Source: an uncultured Nitrososphaerales archaeon (GTDB lineage Archaea; Thermoproteota; Nitrososphaeria; Nitrososphaerales; Nitrososphaeraceae). From it: a stretch of 64,000 nt of DNA. Below the pieces are notes generated by a model. It worked only from the letters and a program-made list of their open reading frames with translations, ran no database searches and had not been told where the DNA came from. Each line of letters opens with the position of its first letter. Within the stretch, counting starts at the first letter, position 1. Of this stretch, positions 22,849 through 34,266 are shown one piece after another. The DNA lies in assembly GCA_963841565.1 (NCBI GenBank), contig CAWJCY010000011.1:36810-100809 (forward strand). Reading direction: 5' to 3'. A program made the translations under genes and the position numbers.

Positions 22849-23220
22849 CTAAGATAATCGTTTCTTCAGTTTCGTAATAAATGAATTACTAGCCAATGTA
22901 GTAAATTTACCAAAATAATTTACCTGTTTTTTGAGAGTCCTAGATACTGTCCCTGCATCACTTGCCACTCTAATCCCTTTTCTTGTCAAAGCGTACTGTC
23001 CTTCATCGGTTTGAGACAGCAGGTCTTCTTCCACCAGTTTGGCGAGCAATGGGTAGACGTTTTTAGGCGAGGGTTTCAATGTTCCTCCACTATTAATTAA
23101 TAATGTTTCGATTATCTCTTTTCCATTCATAGGTCTATCCTTGAGCATGTTTAAAAGATACATTCGTGGGAAGCCTCTATTTAGCAAAGTGGTGGCCTTA
23201 TCTGCCCATCCGGAACGCAT
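22849..23220 (-). CDS. PadR-family transcriptional regulator
   Basis: RG...LLNMLKDRPMNGKEI, PSPKNVYPLLAKLVEE, YALTRKG. Confidence 0.88.
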   Translation of the reverse strand: MRSGWADKATTLLNRGFPRMYLLNMLKDRPMNGKEIIETLLINSGGTLKPSPKNVYPLLAKLVEEDLLSQTDEGQYALTRKGIRVASDAGTVSRTLKKQVNYFGKFTTLASNSFITKLKKRLS

Positions 23221-23642
23221 TTGTGTTACTCCTACCTACCCATACGACATATAAAAAGCTGAGCCAACCTAATCACTTTGAACCCTTCTAACACAAAATC
23301 CATATGTCAGGATCCTCACGTTGTTTCACTTCCATTGCAAAGAGGTTTACATGAATTTCGGCAGAAGATCTCTCACAAAATTAGATGGAACATAAGTTAT
23401 ACAGATGAGCTGAGGATCATCCCTTAAGATGCAGAGCTCGCTGTCCTTAGTTTTGATAACGAAAATTATTTTCATAAATAATGTCATGAAAATAGCCTTC
23501 GACAGATTCGACTGACCTACGACTAACTCTGCGTTCACTTAAGCTGTGAATGTTTTGTACAAATCAACGACCCTCTGAGAAGTGACAAATATGATGTCTT
23601 TAATTAACAAATGAGTAAAAGATTGATGGTAGTTGTCAGATC

Positions 23643-24296
23643 TTGTCAATGGATTTTGTGTTAGTAGAAAAGGGAATGTCACCTGCATACTTTAAACAAG
23701 TAGAGAGGATTTATCTAGATTCATTTCCGGTTTCACAGATTAGGCCTAGCAAGATGATTACCCGTATGCTTGAATTTGACCCAAAATATCATCTCCTGGT
23801 GGTGCGACAAGGTGACCTCATAGTGGGATTCACTTTGGTCTACGCTTTCAATGAATTGGATGTTGCATTCCTTGATTTCATGGCGATAGATAAGACGTAT
23901 AGAAACCGAGGCGTTGGTAGTAACCTGTTCAGATATACGATAAATACATCAAAGCGGCTTGTGACGAATTCCATTGGGTTGATCTTCGAGGTTGAACGTG
24001 AAAGCACTATAGAGCATAATAAACATGGACTCAGACACAGACGCGTTTTGTTTTATAAAAGGCATGGGGCCAAGGCCTTGGATAATGTACACTGTATGCT
24101 GCCTGACCTACATGGGGGTAAGCCCCTGGACATGTACTTGATGATTATTCCAAATCGGGAACTTGCCTATCTTGAGAAAGGATTTGTTTTTCGTGTAATA
24201 AAGAGCATTTATCTGAGTATGTACAATTATCATGATGAGTCGAACTTTTTAGATCTCGCTATTGATGGTTTGCCCCCAAAGATTAGACTAATTTGA
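23643..24296 (+). CDS. GNAT-family N-acetyltransferase
   Basis: IYLDSFP, LDFMAIDKTYRNRGVGS (motif A), FYKRHG. Confidence 0.88.
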   Translation: MSMDFVLVEKGMSPAYFKQVERIYLDSFPVSQIRPSKMITRMLEFDPKYHLLVVRQGDLIVGFTLVYAFNELDVAFLDFMAIDKTYRNRGVGSNLFRYTINTSKRLVTNSIGLIFEVERESTIEHNKHGLRHRRVLFYKRHGAKALDNVHCMLPDLHGGKPLDMYLMIIPNRELAYLEKGFVFRVIKSIYLSMYNYHDESNFLDLAIDGLPPKIRLI

Positions 24297-24329
24297 CTGA
24301 ATTTACACAAAACAAAATCATGGTGTTAA

Positions 24330-24612
24330 TTTTTCTCGTCACCGTGAAGCTTAATAACTTCTCTCAATTTGTCCGAAACAGTCGGTAGGATACGCGGATC
24401 GTCACTAGGTGGTAAAATATAGTCAGGGCACAAATGTTCTTGTTCCACTAAATCTGCGATGCCCTTGACGACAGCCACTAGCGCCAGTCATGGGAAGGCC
24501 CTCTTCCGAAATTTGTTGTTATCCTGCTTTGGATCGCTATCTTCCCCATTAAAATACGATGTAATGCAATAGCATCATTCTCGAGTTTCAATTTAGATGG
24601 ACTTTGTGGCAC
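24330..24612 (-). pseudogene. Internally deleted NAD(P)-dependent malic enzyme remnant
   Basis: KLENDAIALHRILMGKIAIQSR (malic enzyme N-terminus-like) followed within ~50 nt, in another frame, by LVAVVKGIADLVEQEHLCPDYILPPSDDPRILPTV (C-terminus-like). Confidence 0.6.
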
Positions 24613-25703
24613 TCTCCATATTGCTTATCGTATCCTTCTCTTGCTATAGCATATTTTTTGCAATTTCTCCCATGCCTAGAAACGCACTTGGAATTCTTTT
24701 TGTGACTATATATGTCAGATTCTCACAGAACAGAATTGTGAACCAGTCATCTTGGTTTCTCGCTGTCAATTGTCGTTGACAATTTCTGTTAAATCATAGA
24801 GAGTAAGACAACCAATTCCAACAACGGAATTCATTAAGGATGCTCATTCCAAAAAATTGCGCAAAAGTTTAATTGAAATTGCGACTAGAAGAGAATTCTT
24901 TATAACTTGAAAGCTCAAAAGAGCATTTCTAAGATGATAAATTTCAGACTTTCACTAATTGAATTCATTTTTGGAAACAAATAAATAACGCTGTCTTAGT
25001 TTTGTTACTACTAAAGTACTACCATTAAATGCCTCTAATAGTAGATAGATATTTTATAAATGTCAGTGTGGGTAGTTCAGTTGGTGATTGGCTTATGTGA
25101 GCAGAATTGGGATATAATAAAACTAGGAAAATAGTAGTTATCGTAATCAGACTAATTGCCATAAACTTCTAAATCGGTCTTTATTCAAGAACATAAAGAG
25201 TTTAACATAAGAGATTACAATAGGGTCAAATCGAGTGGAGAAACATAATCCTATGACCACGGATTTGATAGAGGTTCAATCTTCAGACCGTTTGCTTAGT
25301 CATAGGCCCTCCTCGACCGGATAGGAAGAGACTCATCGTTTCTTCTTAAGTGAATAAGCACTTATTTATGATCTGCCTTTCTCTAAATCTCAAATGTCCT
25401 ATACCAGTATCTAGCAGATTGATTAGTCATTAGAATAAGGAAATAATTCAATGAGAATAAATCTTGGCCTTTATTATTATATGTTTGATAAAAGCGACAA
25501 TAAATGCCTTTGAACTAAATAAATTATTATAATATTAACAACATCGCTATGTTCCAGTCTCGGCGTTCATATTCCTTTTTGTGCCGATCTTCTCATTGTC
25601 TATTGATCCTTATTGAGCTTGCCAAATAATAGTTATTTAAGTCGATTGTTTTTAATATGCGAAGGTTTTAATTTCAGAAGAATCGCTGACCTAATTGTAA
25701 CAC

Positions 25704-28169
25704 TTGGCCAGCTCTTCTTCTGGAGAGTCATCCACGCCTTCGTATCGTCCTCAAGAACACCACTTGGTTCGCTCCCTGACCCTCCTCGATGTAGTAATGG
25801 TCGGAATCGCCGCCATGATCGGTGGCTCGATTTTTGTACTGACTGGACCTGCAATCGGACTGGCTGGGAGTGCGGTAATAATTGCATTCATAATCAATGC
25901 AACGATAACCCTGTTTACAGCAATGGCCTATGCCGAACTCGGGTCAGCAATGCCCGAGGCGGGTGGTGGTTATCTTTGGGTACGTGAAGGTCTTCCTCGT
26001 CCAAATGCGTTTATTAGCGGGTGGATGGCATGGTTTGCGCACATCGTTGCCGGGAGTTTGTACGCAGTAAGTTTTGCCTCATTTTTTAATGGCTTGTTGA
26101 TGCAGCTTAATCTCTTTAAGGATGTGGGTTCAGAGGGAACCCTGCTAATTCTAGGTATAATTCCCTTGGACAAAATTATTGCAGTTGCATCCGTTGCCGC
26201 ATTTACTTACGTCAATTTTAAGGGAACTTCTGAAACTGGCAAGACTGGCGATATTGTTACGGTAATCCAACTAGGTTTGATATTTGCATTGATAGGCGCG
26301 GGTTTATGGACCATGCATTCTAATCCAGGATGGACGATGAACTTTTCTGACTTTATGCCTATGGGAATTGCTGGTGTTGTAGCTGCAATGGGATTGACGT
26401 TTATTGCATTTGAGGGATACGAGGTTATAGTTCAAACGGGCGAGGAGGTCAAAAATCCTAAGCGAAATATTCCAAGAGCGATTTTCATTTCTTTATCTGC
26501 GGTCGTTGTCTTGTATTGTCTTATAGCGTTTGTATCTATTGGGGCTATCTTTCCTGAAGGTGGAGTACCTTCATGGAAATTCATAGGCGATCAGGGCGAA
26601 TTGGGAATAAGTGCTGCCGCTGAATTGATCATTCCTTATGGTGCATTCATAGTTCTTGGAGGAGGAATGATTTCCACGCTAGCCGCCCTAAATGCAACAA
26701 CCTTCTCGTCAGCAAGGGTCGCTTTTGCCATGGGAAGACATTACAATCTGCCACATAAGTTTAGCGAGATCCATCCTAGGAATAAAACACCGTACATTGC
26801 AATTCTCCTTTCTGGTCTCATAATGGCGGTGATGGCCTCTGGCTTACCTCTAGATCAAATTGCTATCGCCGCTGGAGTAATCTTTCTTTTACTCTTTACA
26901 CAAGTCAATCTTGCTGCGATAAATATACGAAGGATTTATGGAGATAAACTAGATTACGGGTTTAAAACACCCTTCTTCCCTGTTATTCCGATCATTGGGA
27001 TCTTTCTGAAGATTGGCTTGGCAATTTACCTACTTTTGACTGAACCCTTGAGCTGGTTAATCACTATAGTTTGGGTTGCGATTGGTTTTGCGGTATATCG
27101 AGTATATATCTTTCGAAAGGAACTTGAGCATTATGCTCCAACGGTTACCAGCGAAGGAGCATTGGAAAGGAAAGACTTTCGAATTTTAATCTTGTATACA
27201 CCAGAGAATCCCGACAGGTTGATAAAATTCGCAATCAGAGTAGCAAAAGAAAATAATGGTGAAGTAGATGTATTAAGAGTAATTACGGTCCCTGGGCAGA
27301 CTCCTCTTTCTGCAGGGATTGCATTTGCAGATTCAGCAAAGAGAGCCTACAAGCCTTTAGAAGATGCCCTCGACAAAGAGGGTATTACAAATCACTATCT
27401 GGCCAGAATTTCACATGATTCAACCGAAGCAATTCTTGCGACAATTGAAGAGCAACATATAGATCTACTACTGGCCGATTTTGAAACACTTCGAACAAAC
27501 AAGAAACTACAGACTCTTGCCACTTGTGATGCTTTATGCATAAAGAGAGCTGATGACGATCTACAGCTTGAAGCAATCTCCAGGATAGCTAGTAGCAGTG
27601 AATATATCCTAGCACGGAATCCAATTTACGGACAGCAACAACAGCAGCAACAACAACAGCTGCCACAAGCGAACTCAGCATTAGGAAACGAATCTAACAA
27701 CAAGAAAAAAAGGCTCGTAGTTCTGTTCGATCGAGGAGAACATTCAGATATTGTCCTAAGAGCCACGAGGTGGGTTGAACACTCTGGTTTGTTTACAGTT
27801 ACCATTCTCTCAATCAACAAAGGTCATGAAGAACACGATGAAGAGAAAAAAGACTCTAATCATAGGAACCATTCTCACCAAGCACAACATTTAGGGATGG
27901 ATGGGGTTGAATACAATGAAATCTATTTATCAAAAGAAACTGAGAGTAGTATAGAGAACTTGACAATGCTAATCCAGTCTTCTATTAACGCAGCCCAACC
28001 AGATCTCTTAATTGTCGGGGCAAGCATTGCAAAATATAGTTTTCTGAACGACCCCCATTTACTGCATCTATTGGAATATCTAGAATGTCCTACAATAGTT
28101 GCAAAGAGTTACAGTATTCCAGTTATAGGCAGAATGAAACTGCTATTGAACAGGGTGACCAGATGGTAG
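25704..28169 (+). CDS. APC-family amino acid permease fused to C-terminal USP-like domains
   Basis: IGGSIF, YAELGSAMPEAGGGY, FIAFEGYE, GEEVKNPKRNIP; ~12 TMs; soluble C-terminus. Confidence 0.92.
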   Translation: MASSSSGESSTPSYRPQEHHLVRSLTLLDVVMVGIAAMIGGSIFVLTGPAIGLAGSAVIIAFIINATITLFTAMAYAELGSAMPEAGGGYLWVREGLPRPNAFISGWMAWFAHIVAGSLYAVSFASFFNGLLMQLNLFKDVGSEGTLLILGIIPLDKIIAVASVAAFTYVNFKGTSETGKTGDIVTVIQLGLIFALIGAGLWTMHSNPGWTMNFSDFMPMGIAGVVAAMGLTFIAFEGYEVIVQTGEEVKNPKRNIPRAIFISLSAVVVLYCLIAFVSIGAIFPEGGVPSWKFIGDQGELGISAAAELIIPYGAFIVLGGGMISTLAALNATTFSSARVAFAMGRHYNLPHKFSEIHPRNKTPYIAILLSGLIMAVMASGLPLDQIAIAAGVIFLLLFTQVNLAAINIRRIYGDKLDYGFKTPFFPVIPIIGIFLKIGLAIYLLLTEPLSWLITIVWVAIGFAVYRVYIFRKELEHYAPTVTSEGALERKDFRILILYTPENPDRLIKFAIRVAKENNGEVDVLRVITVPGQTPLSAGIAFADSAKRAYKPLEDALDKEGITNHYLARISHDSTEAILATIEEQHIDLLLADFETLRTNKKLQTLATCDALCIKRADDDLQLEAISRIASSSEYILARNPIYGQQQQQQQQQLPQANSALGNESNNKKKRLVVLFDRGEHSDIVLRATRWVEHSGLFTVTILSINKGHEEHDEEKKDSNHRNHSHQAQHLGMDGVEYNEIYLSKETESSIENLTMLIQSSINAAQPDLLIVGASIAKYSFLNDPHLLHLLEYLECPTIVAKSYSIPVIGRMKLLLNRVTRW

Positions 28170-28741
28170 CAATGTGAGTTAAGGAAACTAGAACAGGATT
28201 TCCTCAGCTGTTGTTAGTTTCATTCATTTGGTATTCTCCCATTTAGTTGGATTAAGTTACCGAAATGAAGGACTCTTCCTAACGTGCCTGATTCTACCAT
28301 TGTTTTAACACAGCCTACAGTGAGCTGAATGACGAGACCATTTTGTGCAGACTTATTCGTTAATTGGTTTAGGGGTCATAACAGGGGTAACATGTTCTTT
28401 TTTTCTATCAAGAATGCGACTACTATGTCAAGCATGTCTTGGTTAGCAATACTTTTCGATTATTTTTTGCATTATCATGGTGCACCACACTGCGGCATTA
28501 ATAAAACATTGATCAGAATTAAACATATCTGAGAGTATCACTAGCATTTTGAAAGCACCCGCCGTCCAGAAAGAAAGGATCTTGGAACGTCGATCAAAGC
28601 TGATCGAGTTATAATGTCAGGAGACAGATGTCGCTGATGATGTCAATACCTAACCACTGCTATTGATTTATTTATGTGCAATATTACCTTCTGATATTAC
28701 TTTTTATATGCATAATGAATTAGAAATTGTAAGGATGAGTT

Positions 28742-29770
28742 ATGGATAAATGTGATGCGATATATTTGCTTCTAGGATTGTTGGTTTTTACGGGAGGGGG
28801 TACTTTTCTCTTTTCTATGGACGACCTTAATTCGGTTTATGGGTATAATGATGGCATCATCTTAAAGGATCCTGCCTCGTTTTATGATAGTACTGGTAAG
28901 TTAAATATTGTAGGTGTGACTGATAACAATGGAGAGTTTCCTGTCGACGTGACTGTTGGAGTTAACGTAACCAGGACATCTTATGGTGAATCTACTACTT
29001 CGACTGGCGGGTCAAGTAACTCCAGTAATTCATTATTTTCTACAACTACCAGTCCCACCTATTCTAGGGTGATTTATCCTGGAACTGGAGCTCCATTTAA
29101 GATAGTGCTATCACCTGAATCAGTCGAATCAGTAGGTCAACCTTTCATCTATTCAGAAAACAGGAGAGAAAATGTAAACTACGATGTTTTGGAATTAAAT
29201 TATAGTAATATGGCCGTTGGTAGTGAAAGGGCATTGATCGGAACAGTGAAGAACTCTGCACCTTTTCCAGTTTACAACGCAACAGTATTTGCATCAGTTC
29301 ACGATTCAAACCAAGCGCAGATAGACTCTGCAACCACTGAGGTGATACCCATGTTAGGGCCCGGGCAAACAGTACAATTCAAGCTTCTGCCAGACGAATC
29401 AGTAAGGTCCAATGCGGTATATTACAGCTGTGCAGGAGTTGATCTTGATGCTCCGATCAGTACTTTGGCTACTTCAGACGGTGGTTTTATACCATTCGAT
29501 CTCCAAGCAATTGCGAAAATAATTGACCTCAAGTATGACGATCAGTCAAAAAGTATAGTTTTTGGAGTAGATCATTACAATCCGGATGGCGGTTTTATAA
29601 CTCTTAAATTGCCGCAAATTTATGATGACCAAAGACTAGCGGTAATCATGGATGGTTCGCCGCTCAACGATGTGAAAATGACTCAAGATGGTAAAACTAT
29701 AAAAATGGATATATTTATCCCACCGAATGAACACCAAATACAGGTAAAAGGTGTATCTCATGTCACTTAA
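28742..29770 (+). CDS. Secreted/surface protein with FxLYD-like Ig domains
   Basis: Signal/TM; LNIVGVTDNNG, LIGTVKNS, ASVHDSN...LGPGQTVQF. Confidence 0.7.
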   Translation: MDKCDAIYLLLGLLVFTGGGTFLFSMDDLNSVYGYNDGIILKDPASFYDSTGKLNIVGVTDNNGEFPVDVTVGVNVTRTSYGESTTSTGGSSNSSNSLFSTTTSPTYSRVIYPGTGAPFKIVLSPESVESVGQPFIYSENRRENVNYDVLELNYSNMAVGSERALIGTVKNSAPFPVYNATVFASVHDSNQAQIDSATTEVIPMLGPGQTVQFKLLPDESVRSNAVYYSCAGVDLDAPISTLATSDGGFIPFDLQAIAKIIDLKYDDQSKSIVFGVDHYNPDGGFITLKLPQIYDDQRLAVIMDGSPLNDVKMTQDGKTIKMDIFIPPNEHQIQVKGVSHVT

Positions 29771-30063
29771 CTGACTGGATTGAAATATTTTCCATTTAGA
29801 TCGTTCGCCCTATGATAGATCTCATCCAAATACGGTCGGAATTCATTTCTTAGAAAAGCACCTTGTTATTGTTGCAATACAGAGAAGATAATTAAATAGA
29901 GTAAAGTGGTGTGCATTACTTTTATTAAAAATGAAGCTAGAGTGACGGAGGAATTACCTTATTTGCCAAACGATTAACATGATGACCTTGAATCCCATTT
30001 TGAGTAAAATGGGTGTGACCAAATGTCGGAGTTGTTAAATATGATGTTATCGATAATGAACAT

Positions 30064-30288
30064 ATGAGCGATACCTCTTCGGCGGAATTGAGCAATACAG
30101 CATACGATATACTTAAAGTCTTGGGAAAGGATGCTGATTTCCTATATGATACCATTGACAGCTATATCAAAGATGCAAATAGCGCCGGTAAATCTGAGTT
30201 GGTTGAGATGTGGCAAACAATCAAGAAAGATAGACAAAGACACGTTCATATGTTGAAGGAAGCCCTGGAAAAAGAAATTCATGGATGA
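30064..30288 (+). CDS. Small ferritin-like helical-hairpin protein
   Basis: DFLYDTIDSYIKDA...WQTIKKDRQRHVHMLKEAL; TTAAATA box upstream. Confidence 0.75.
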   Translation: MSDTSSAELSNTAYDILKVLGKDADFLYDTIDSYIKDANSAGKSELVEMWQTIKKDRQRHVHMLKEALEKEIHG

Positions 30289-30381
30289 TATGCGTTCCGA
30301 TAGAAACGAAAGATTGTAGTACTTATATGCCTCACGGGAGGCCTAATACATACAATAATTTGGTACTGCCAAGCAATCCAT

Positions 30382-33300
30382 TCAGTTATTTAATGGTAAA
30401 CTAAACGAAAATGTTGCGCCATGCCCATTACCGTTATTCTCTGCCCATATCCTACCGTTGTGTGCTTCTATAATGCTTTTTGAAATGTACAAACCAAGTC
30501 CGGTGCCACCATCTCCATAGTCGAGAGCAGATGTTGATGTAAACTTTGTAAATAATTTTGGAAAGATTAGCGGATCGATTCCCGTCCCTGTATCTGATAT
30601 ACTTACGATCATCTCTCCGTTCAACTTCTTTGCTTCCACATTGATCGTCCCATCCCTTGTACATTTTATGGAATTATCTATCAAGTTAGATATCACCTCG
30701 GTAATCCTATTAAGGTCACCTTTAACATTCATTCGACCAGGCTCAGAATTTTCAAAATCTCCGACGTATGCGATATGCGTTTCGGGCACATCTTTGTTCT
30801 GGTTTAACTTGTTATGTTCATCAATTACCGACATGGCTACCTGACTAATGCTAAATTCCTCCTTGTTTAAGCGAAGTTTTTTGCTTTCAATTCTGGTAAC
30901 ATCCAGAATATTATCTGTCAATCTTTTCAACCTATTGGCGTTTCTAACTACTACTTCCAGCAATTGTCTTTGTTTAGGATCTTGCACCTCAGAGTACATT
31001 ACATGGCTCAAACCAAGGATAGGTTGGATGGGAGTACGCAACTCATGTGCAGCTATATTAATGAATTCCTTTTGAACCTTATCAGCATTCTTGAGTTCCT
31101 CATTAAGGATGTGTTCTTTCCAGAGCAAATCAAAGAAGGTTTTAAACGAGTCTACACTCTGCCGCGTATTTGAATATACAGTGAATCCAATGGAATCTGC
31201 AAAATCCTCAGAGTTTATTTTCTCTAATTCTGCACGCAAGAACTTTGAATTGTCCATTATAAACATCAGTGATGTGGAATTATTCCCATTTACAATTTCT
31301 ATTTCTGGCGCTTTCTCTTGTATCCTTTTTATTATGTCGGATTCACCTTCAGCATGGGGAAATACTAGCCTTATCTTGGCGTGCAGAGACGAGGAGGCAT
31401 TGATAATGTGATCGATTACACCTATCTTGTCCAAATTTAGTAATGTTCTTTCGCTAGGAATCAAGATTTGGGCTTCTTGTTTAATAGATTTTACAAGTTC
31501 CAAAAGTATGCGGCTTGTCTTTTTACCGTCGTTGAGCACGTCAATAAATTCTGGTTCCAATCCTTGTTCTAAATACACAATCCTTTCTTTCGCATCTGTC
31601 CCATTGTTCCATAACTCGCTGAATGTGTAGAGAAAATAATCGATATAGGCCTGTTCAGTGCTGACTAGCACGTTCTTTACATCCAGGCTTACCTCACGAT
31701 TACTAGGATCATATTTTTCGTCCGTTATTTCGCCCTCAACTTTGTGCACCTTGGCCACAATTTCCTTATCAGATACTGCAAAGTCGATTGGGGGCAGATT
31801 ATCGACGTGTCTCACCTGCACTCCTGCTTCCAGAAACTGTTTAATCATGTTTGCACTATGTTTGTCGACCTTGGTCACAAATCTAATTCCTTTGTGTTCA
31901 CCACTCACGAATTTTTCCTGCATTATCTTCCGGTAAACTTCAAAGTTGCTGTTGTACGCTAGACGAATTCCACTAAAGTTAAGACAAGCTACAAGTTCAT
32001 TTGACGACTCTAGGATTTCCCTCTCTTTACGAACTATGTCTTCATAGCCATGAAGCAGTGTTATCTGACTTAATACGTTCGATAAGTAAAGTTTCATTTC
32101 GCTCTTTGTTAGAGATGGCACGATTCCACTTCTCTGGACGAGTTCCTCTTCTTGCCTTTGAGCCGTGTAAAGTACACGCCGCTTTATCTCCTGTTCAAGA
32201 CGTGGAGTCCCCAAAGCTACCAATAGTTTTGACTCTTCAAGGGCGGATTTCTTGATAGAGCTTCGCAATTTTGCATCCTGGGTCAGAAATACAGCTGACG
32301 CATAGAAGCCTATGGCAAACAAATAAGATGACAAAAATACAAGGGAATGAACTGCGACACCATAAGTCTGCTGAAATGCTGATACGCTAAATGCAATTCC
32401 ACCCAAGGTGATCCCAATGGCGGCTATAGTCAAATAGTCCTTTACTCTTTCGGAAGGTACTCTCCTAGCAATAATATAAAAGGCCAAGCCAAATAGTACA
32501 CTACTTCCGATATTACCAGCTCGATAAATAATTCGCTGATAGTACCTATAATCTGAGTCATCTGGCAGAGTTAATACAAGCCCACTGCCGACCAGATATA
32601 ACACAAACGGGATGATGAGTAGTATCCAATACGTGATCGGAAATTTAGTGATCTTTTGTCCAGTTCTCTGATAATACAGATGCAACAGAAGACAAGTGCT
32701 TATCCACAAGAAGACATATCTTGGATAGGAGGTCAAACGGTTGATGAATGAGTACAGTTCATCATCTTCAGGCGACACAACAAACAGAGTAGAGCCTTGA
32801 GGGTTTGTGACCCTATACTGAACTTCGCCATTGTACTTGTCCACGTTTTCGTACACAAATGATGAATCAGGAATTGTACCTGGTTGAGATTGTTCCTCCA
32901 CGATTAATCCCGCTACCAAGAATTTGTCAATCGCATCTCCAGCAATTGACATAGAGAGGGCAGCAGCTGCCAAACCATAAAATAATAAGATCAAGTTTCG
33001 ATTGCTTGTTCTATACCATGCAAGGAATCGATAACTAAAATATCCCAATATTGCTGAGGCTGATGCCGAAGCAATTGCAGTAAGTGAAACCGTCGCGAGA
33101 GGGGTATTACAAAAGCTGAAATAGCTATAACAGTAGATACTATTATAAAAAATAACGACTACCATGATGGCAAGTAAGACAAATTGTATTATTGTTGCGG
33201 CCCAGTGAATTCTGTTTATTGAATGAGATTTAGCTCGTAGAGCCGAGCTAGTCCTTTTGGTGTATTCCAACAAGATCCAAGATCCAACCCCAAACCCTAG

Positions 33301-33483
33301 AGTCACAACTAAAAGAAAAAGTAAAGTTTGAAGATTATTGTCAAAAAAGATAATTTGACGAGTAGTCAGCAAAGCGAATACTGCGAGTACGATTAGGACA
33401 CCTGCAACGGATATTGCTATTTTTCTAAGTGTTACTGGCGAATCAAGTACCGTATCAACGTGCGATCTAATCGGATTCAGCAT
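30382..33483 (-). CDS. Multi-TM sensor histidine kinase
   Basis: About 10-11 hydrophobic segments, two related cytoplasmic domains, AAHELRTP, NLIDNS, DTGTGI, GTGLGL. Confidence 0.92.
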   Translation of the reverse strand: MLNPIRSHVDTVLDSPVTLRKIAISVAGVLIVLAVFALLTTRQIIFFDNNLQTLLFLLVVTLGFGVGSWILLEYTKRTSSALRAKSHSINRIHWAATIIQFVLLAIMVVVIFYNSIYCYSYFSFCNTPLATVSLTAIASASASAILGYFSYRFLAWYRTSNRNLILLFYGLAAAALSMSIAGDAIDKFLVAGLIVEEQSQPGTIPDSSFVYENVDKYNGEVQYRVTNPQGSTLFVVSPEDDELYSFINRLTSYPRYVFLWISTCLLLHLYYQRTGQKITKFPITYWILLIIPFVLYLVGSGLVLTLPDDSDYRYYQRIIYRAGNIGSSVLFGLAFYIIARRVPSERVKDYLTIAAIGITLGGIAFSVSAFQQTYGVAVHSLVFLSSYLFAIGFYASAVFLTQDAKLRSSIKKSALEESKLLVALGTPRLEQEIKRRVLYTAQRQEEELVQRSGIVPSLTKSEMKLYLSNVLSQITLLHGYEDIVRKEREILESSNELVACLNFSGIRLAYNSNFEVYRKIMQEKFVSGEHKGIRFVTKVDKHSANMIKQFLEAGVQVRHVDNLPPIDFAVSDKEIVAKVHKVEGEITDEKYDPSNREVSLDVKNVLVSTEQAYIDYFLYTFSELWNNGTDAKERIVYLEQGLEPEFIDVLNDGKKTSRILLELVKSIKQEAQILIPSERTLLNLDKIGVIDHIINASSSLHAKIRLVFPHAEGESDIIKRIQEKAPEIEIVNGNNSTSLMFIMDNSKFLRAELEKINSEDFADSIGFTVYSNTRQSVDSFKTFFDLLWKEHILNEELKNADKVQKEFINIAAHELRTPIQPILGLSHVMYSEVQDPKQRQLLEVVVRNANRLKRLTDNILDVTRIESKKLRLNKEEFSISQVAMSVIDEHNKLNQNKDVPETHIAYVGDFENSEPGRMNVKGDLNRITEVISNLIDNSIKCTRDGTINVEAKKLNGEMIVSISDTGTGIDPLIFPKLFTKFTSTSALDYGDGGTGLGLYISKSIIEAHNGRIWAENNGNGHGATFSFSLPLNN

Positions 33484-34196
33484 TCCTTGCTAATTATGAT
33501 GTCTATCTAGGCTATATAGTTTATATTAACTCCAAATTATGATACGAGATCCCTTTTTTGTCCAAATCAGAATCATTTTCAAGAAGTAACGCCCAGCTGC
33601 TAATTACACTTACCGTGTGGGGTTTCTATGACACTTGTACAATTTGCCTTGGTTCGAGTCATTAGGGATAACTTGGCAAAGAATCTGACTATTGTGGAAT
33701 TATCAGACTGGGACATGGTTTTCTATCCAATCTAAGAATCTCCATTATTTTGCGTGATTGATAGCCAGATTGCAGACTTGACATACTACCATGAGAATGG
33801 AACTTGCTAATAATTGTGATTTCGTTTAATATTCTACCGAGATCAAATTACAGTCTTTGAAATAACATAATTTTTCGTTACTTGATTGATATTCATTTCC
33901 TGTTCTAGGTGGACCAATTAGACGCCTTTAACACACCTAGAAGTCGAATTAAAACTACTTGATTAATGCCCAAATTTGGTATTGTATGGAAGTTGTGCTT
34001 ACAGTACTTCAACGGGTTTCAAAGTGTAATGGGCCGTTGTAACAGAAATATTGATTAATTCGAACAAAATTGCAGCATGAACTGCTCTATTTTGATGAAA
34101 AAGAGAAGAGATCGGAAAAGTTATCACGTAGATTTATAATTCAACAGCTTTCACTATTTGACGATTAATCTTCTTATAGTCCATTTCATATGAAAA

Positions 34197-34243
34197 ATCA
34201 GATTTATCTGATAACATTATCATTATTAATCCAAATAAACATT
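34197..34243 (+). promoter_or_regulatory. Palindromic operator plus conserved promoter element (copy A)
   Basis: ATCAGA-TTTA-TCTGAT, then TAATCCAAATAAACATT 15 nt after the TCTGA core, 23 nt before ATG 34267; same layout at 41646-41693. Confidence 0.7.
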
Positions 34244-34266
34244 GAGATATCTTTCTTACTAGTAAT

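Noticed and set aside
33645-33670. tRNA-like GGTTCGAGTC
   Set aside because: No T-stem, acceptor stem or cloverleaf around it.
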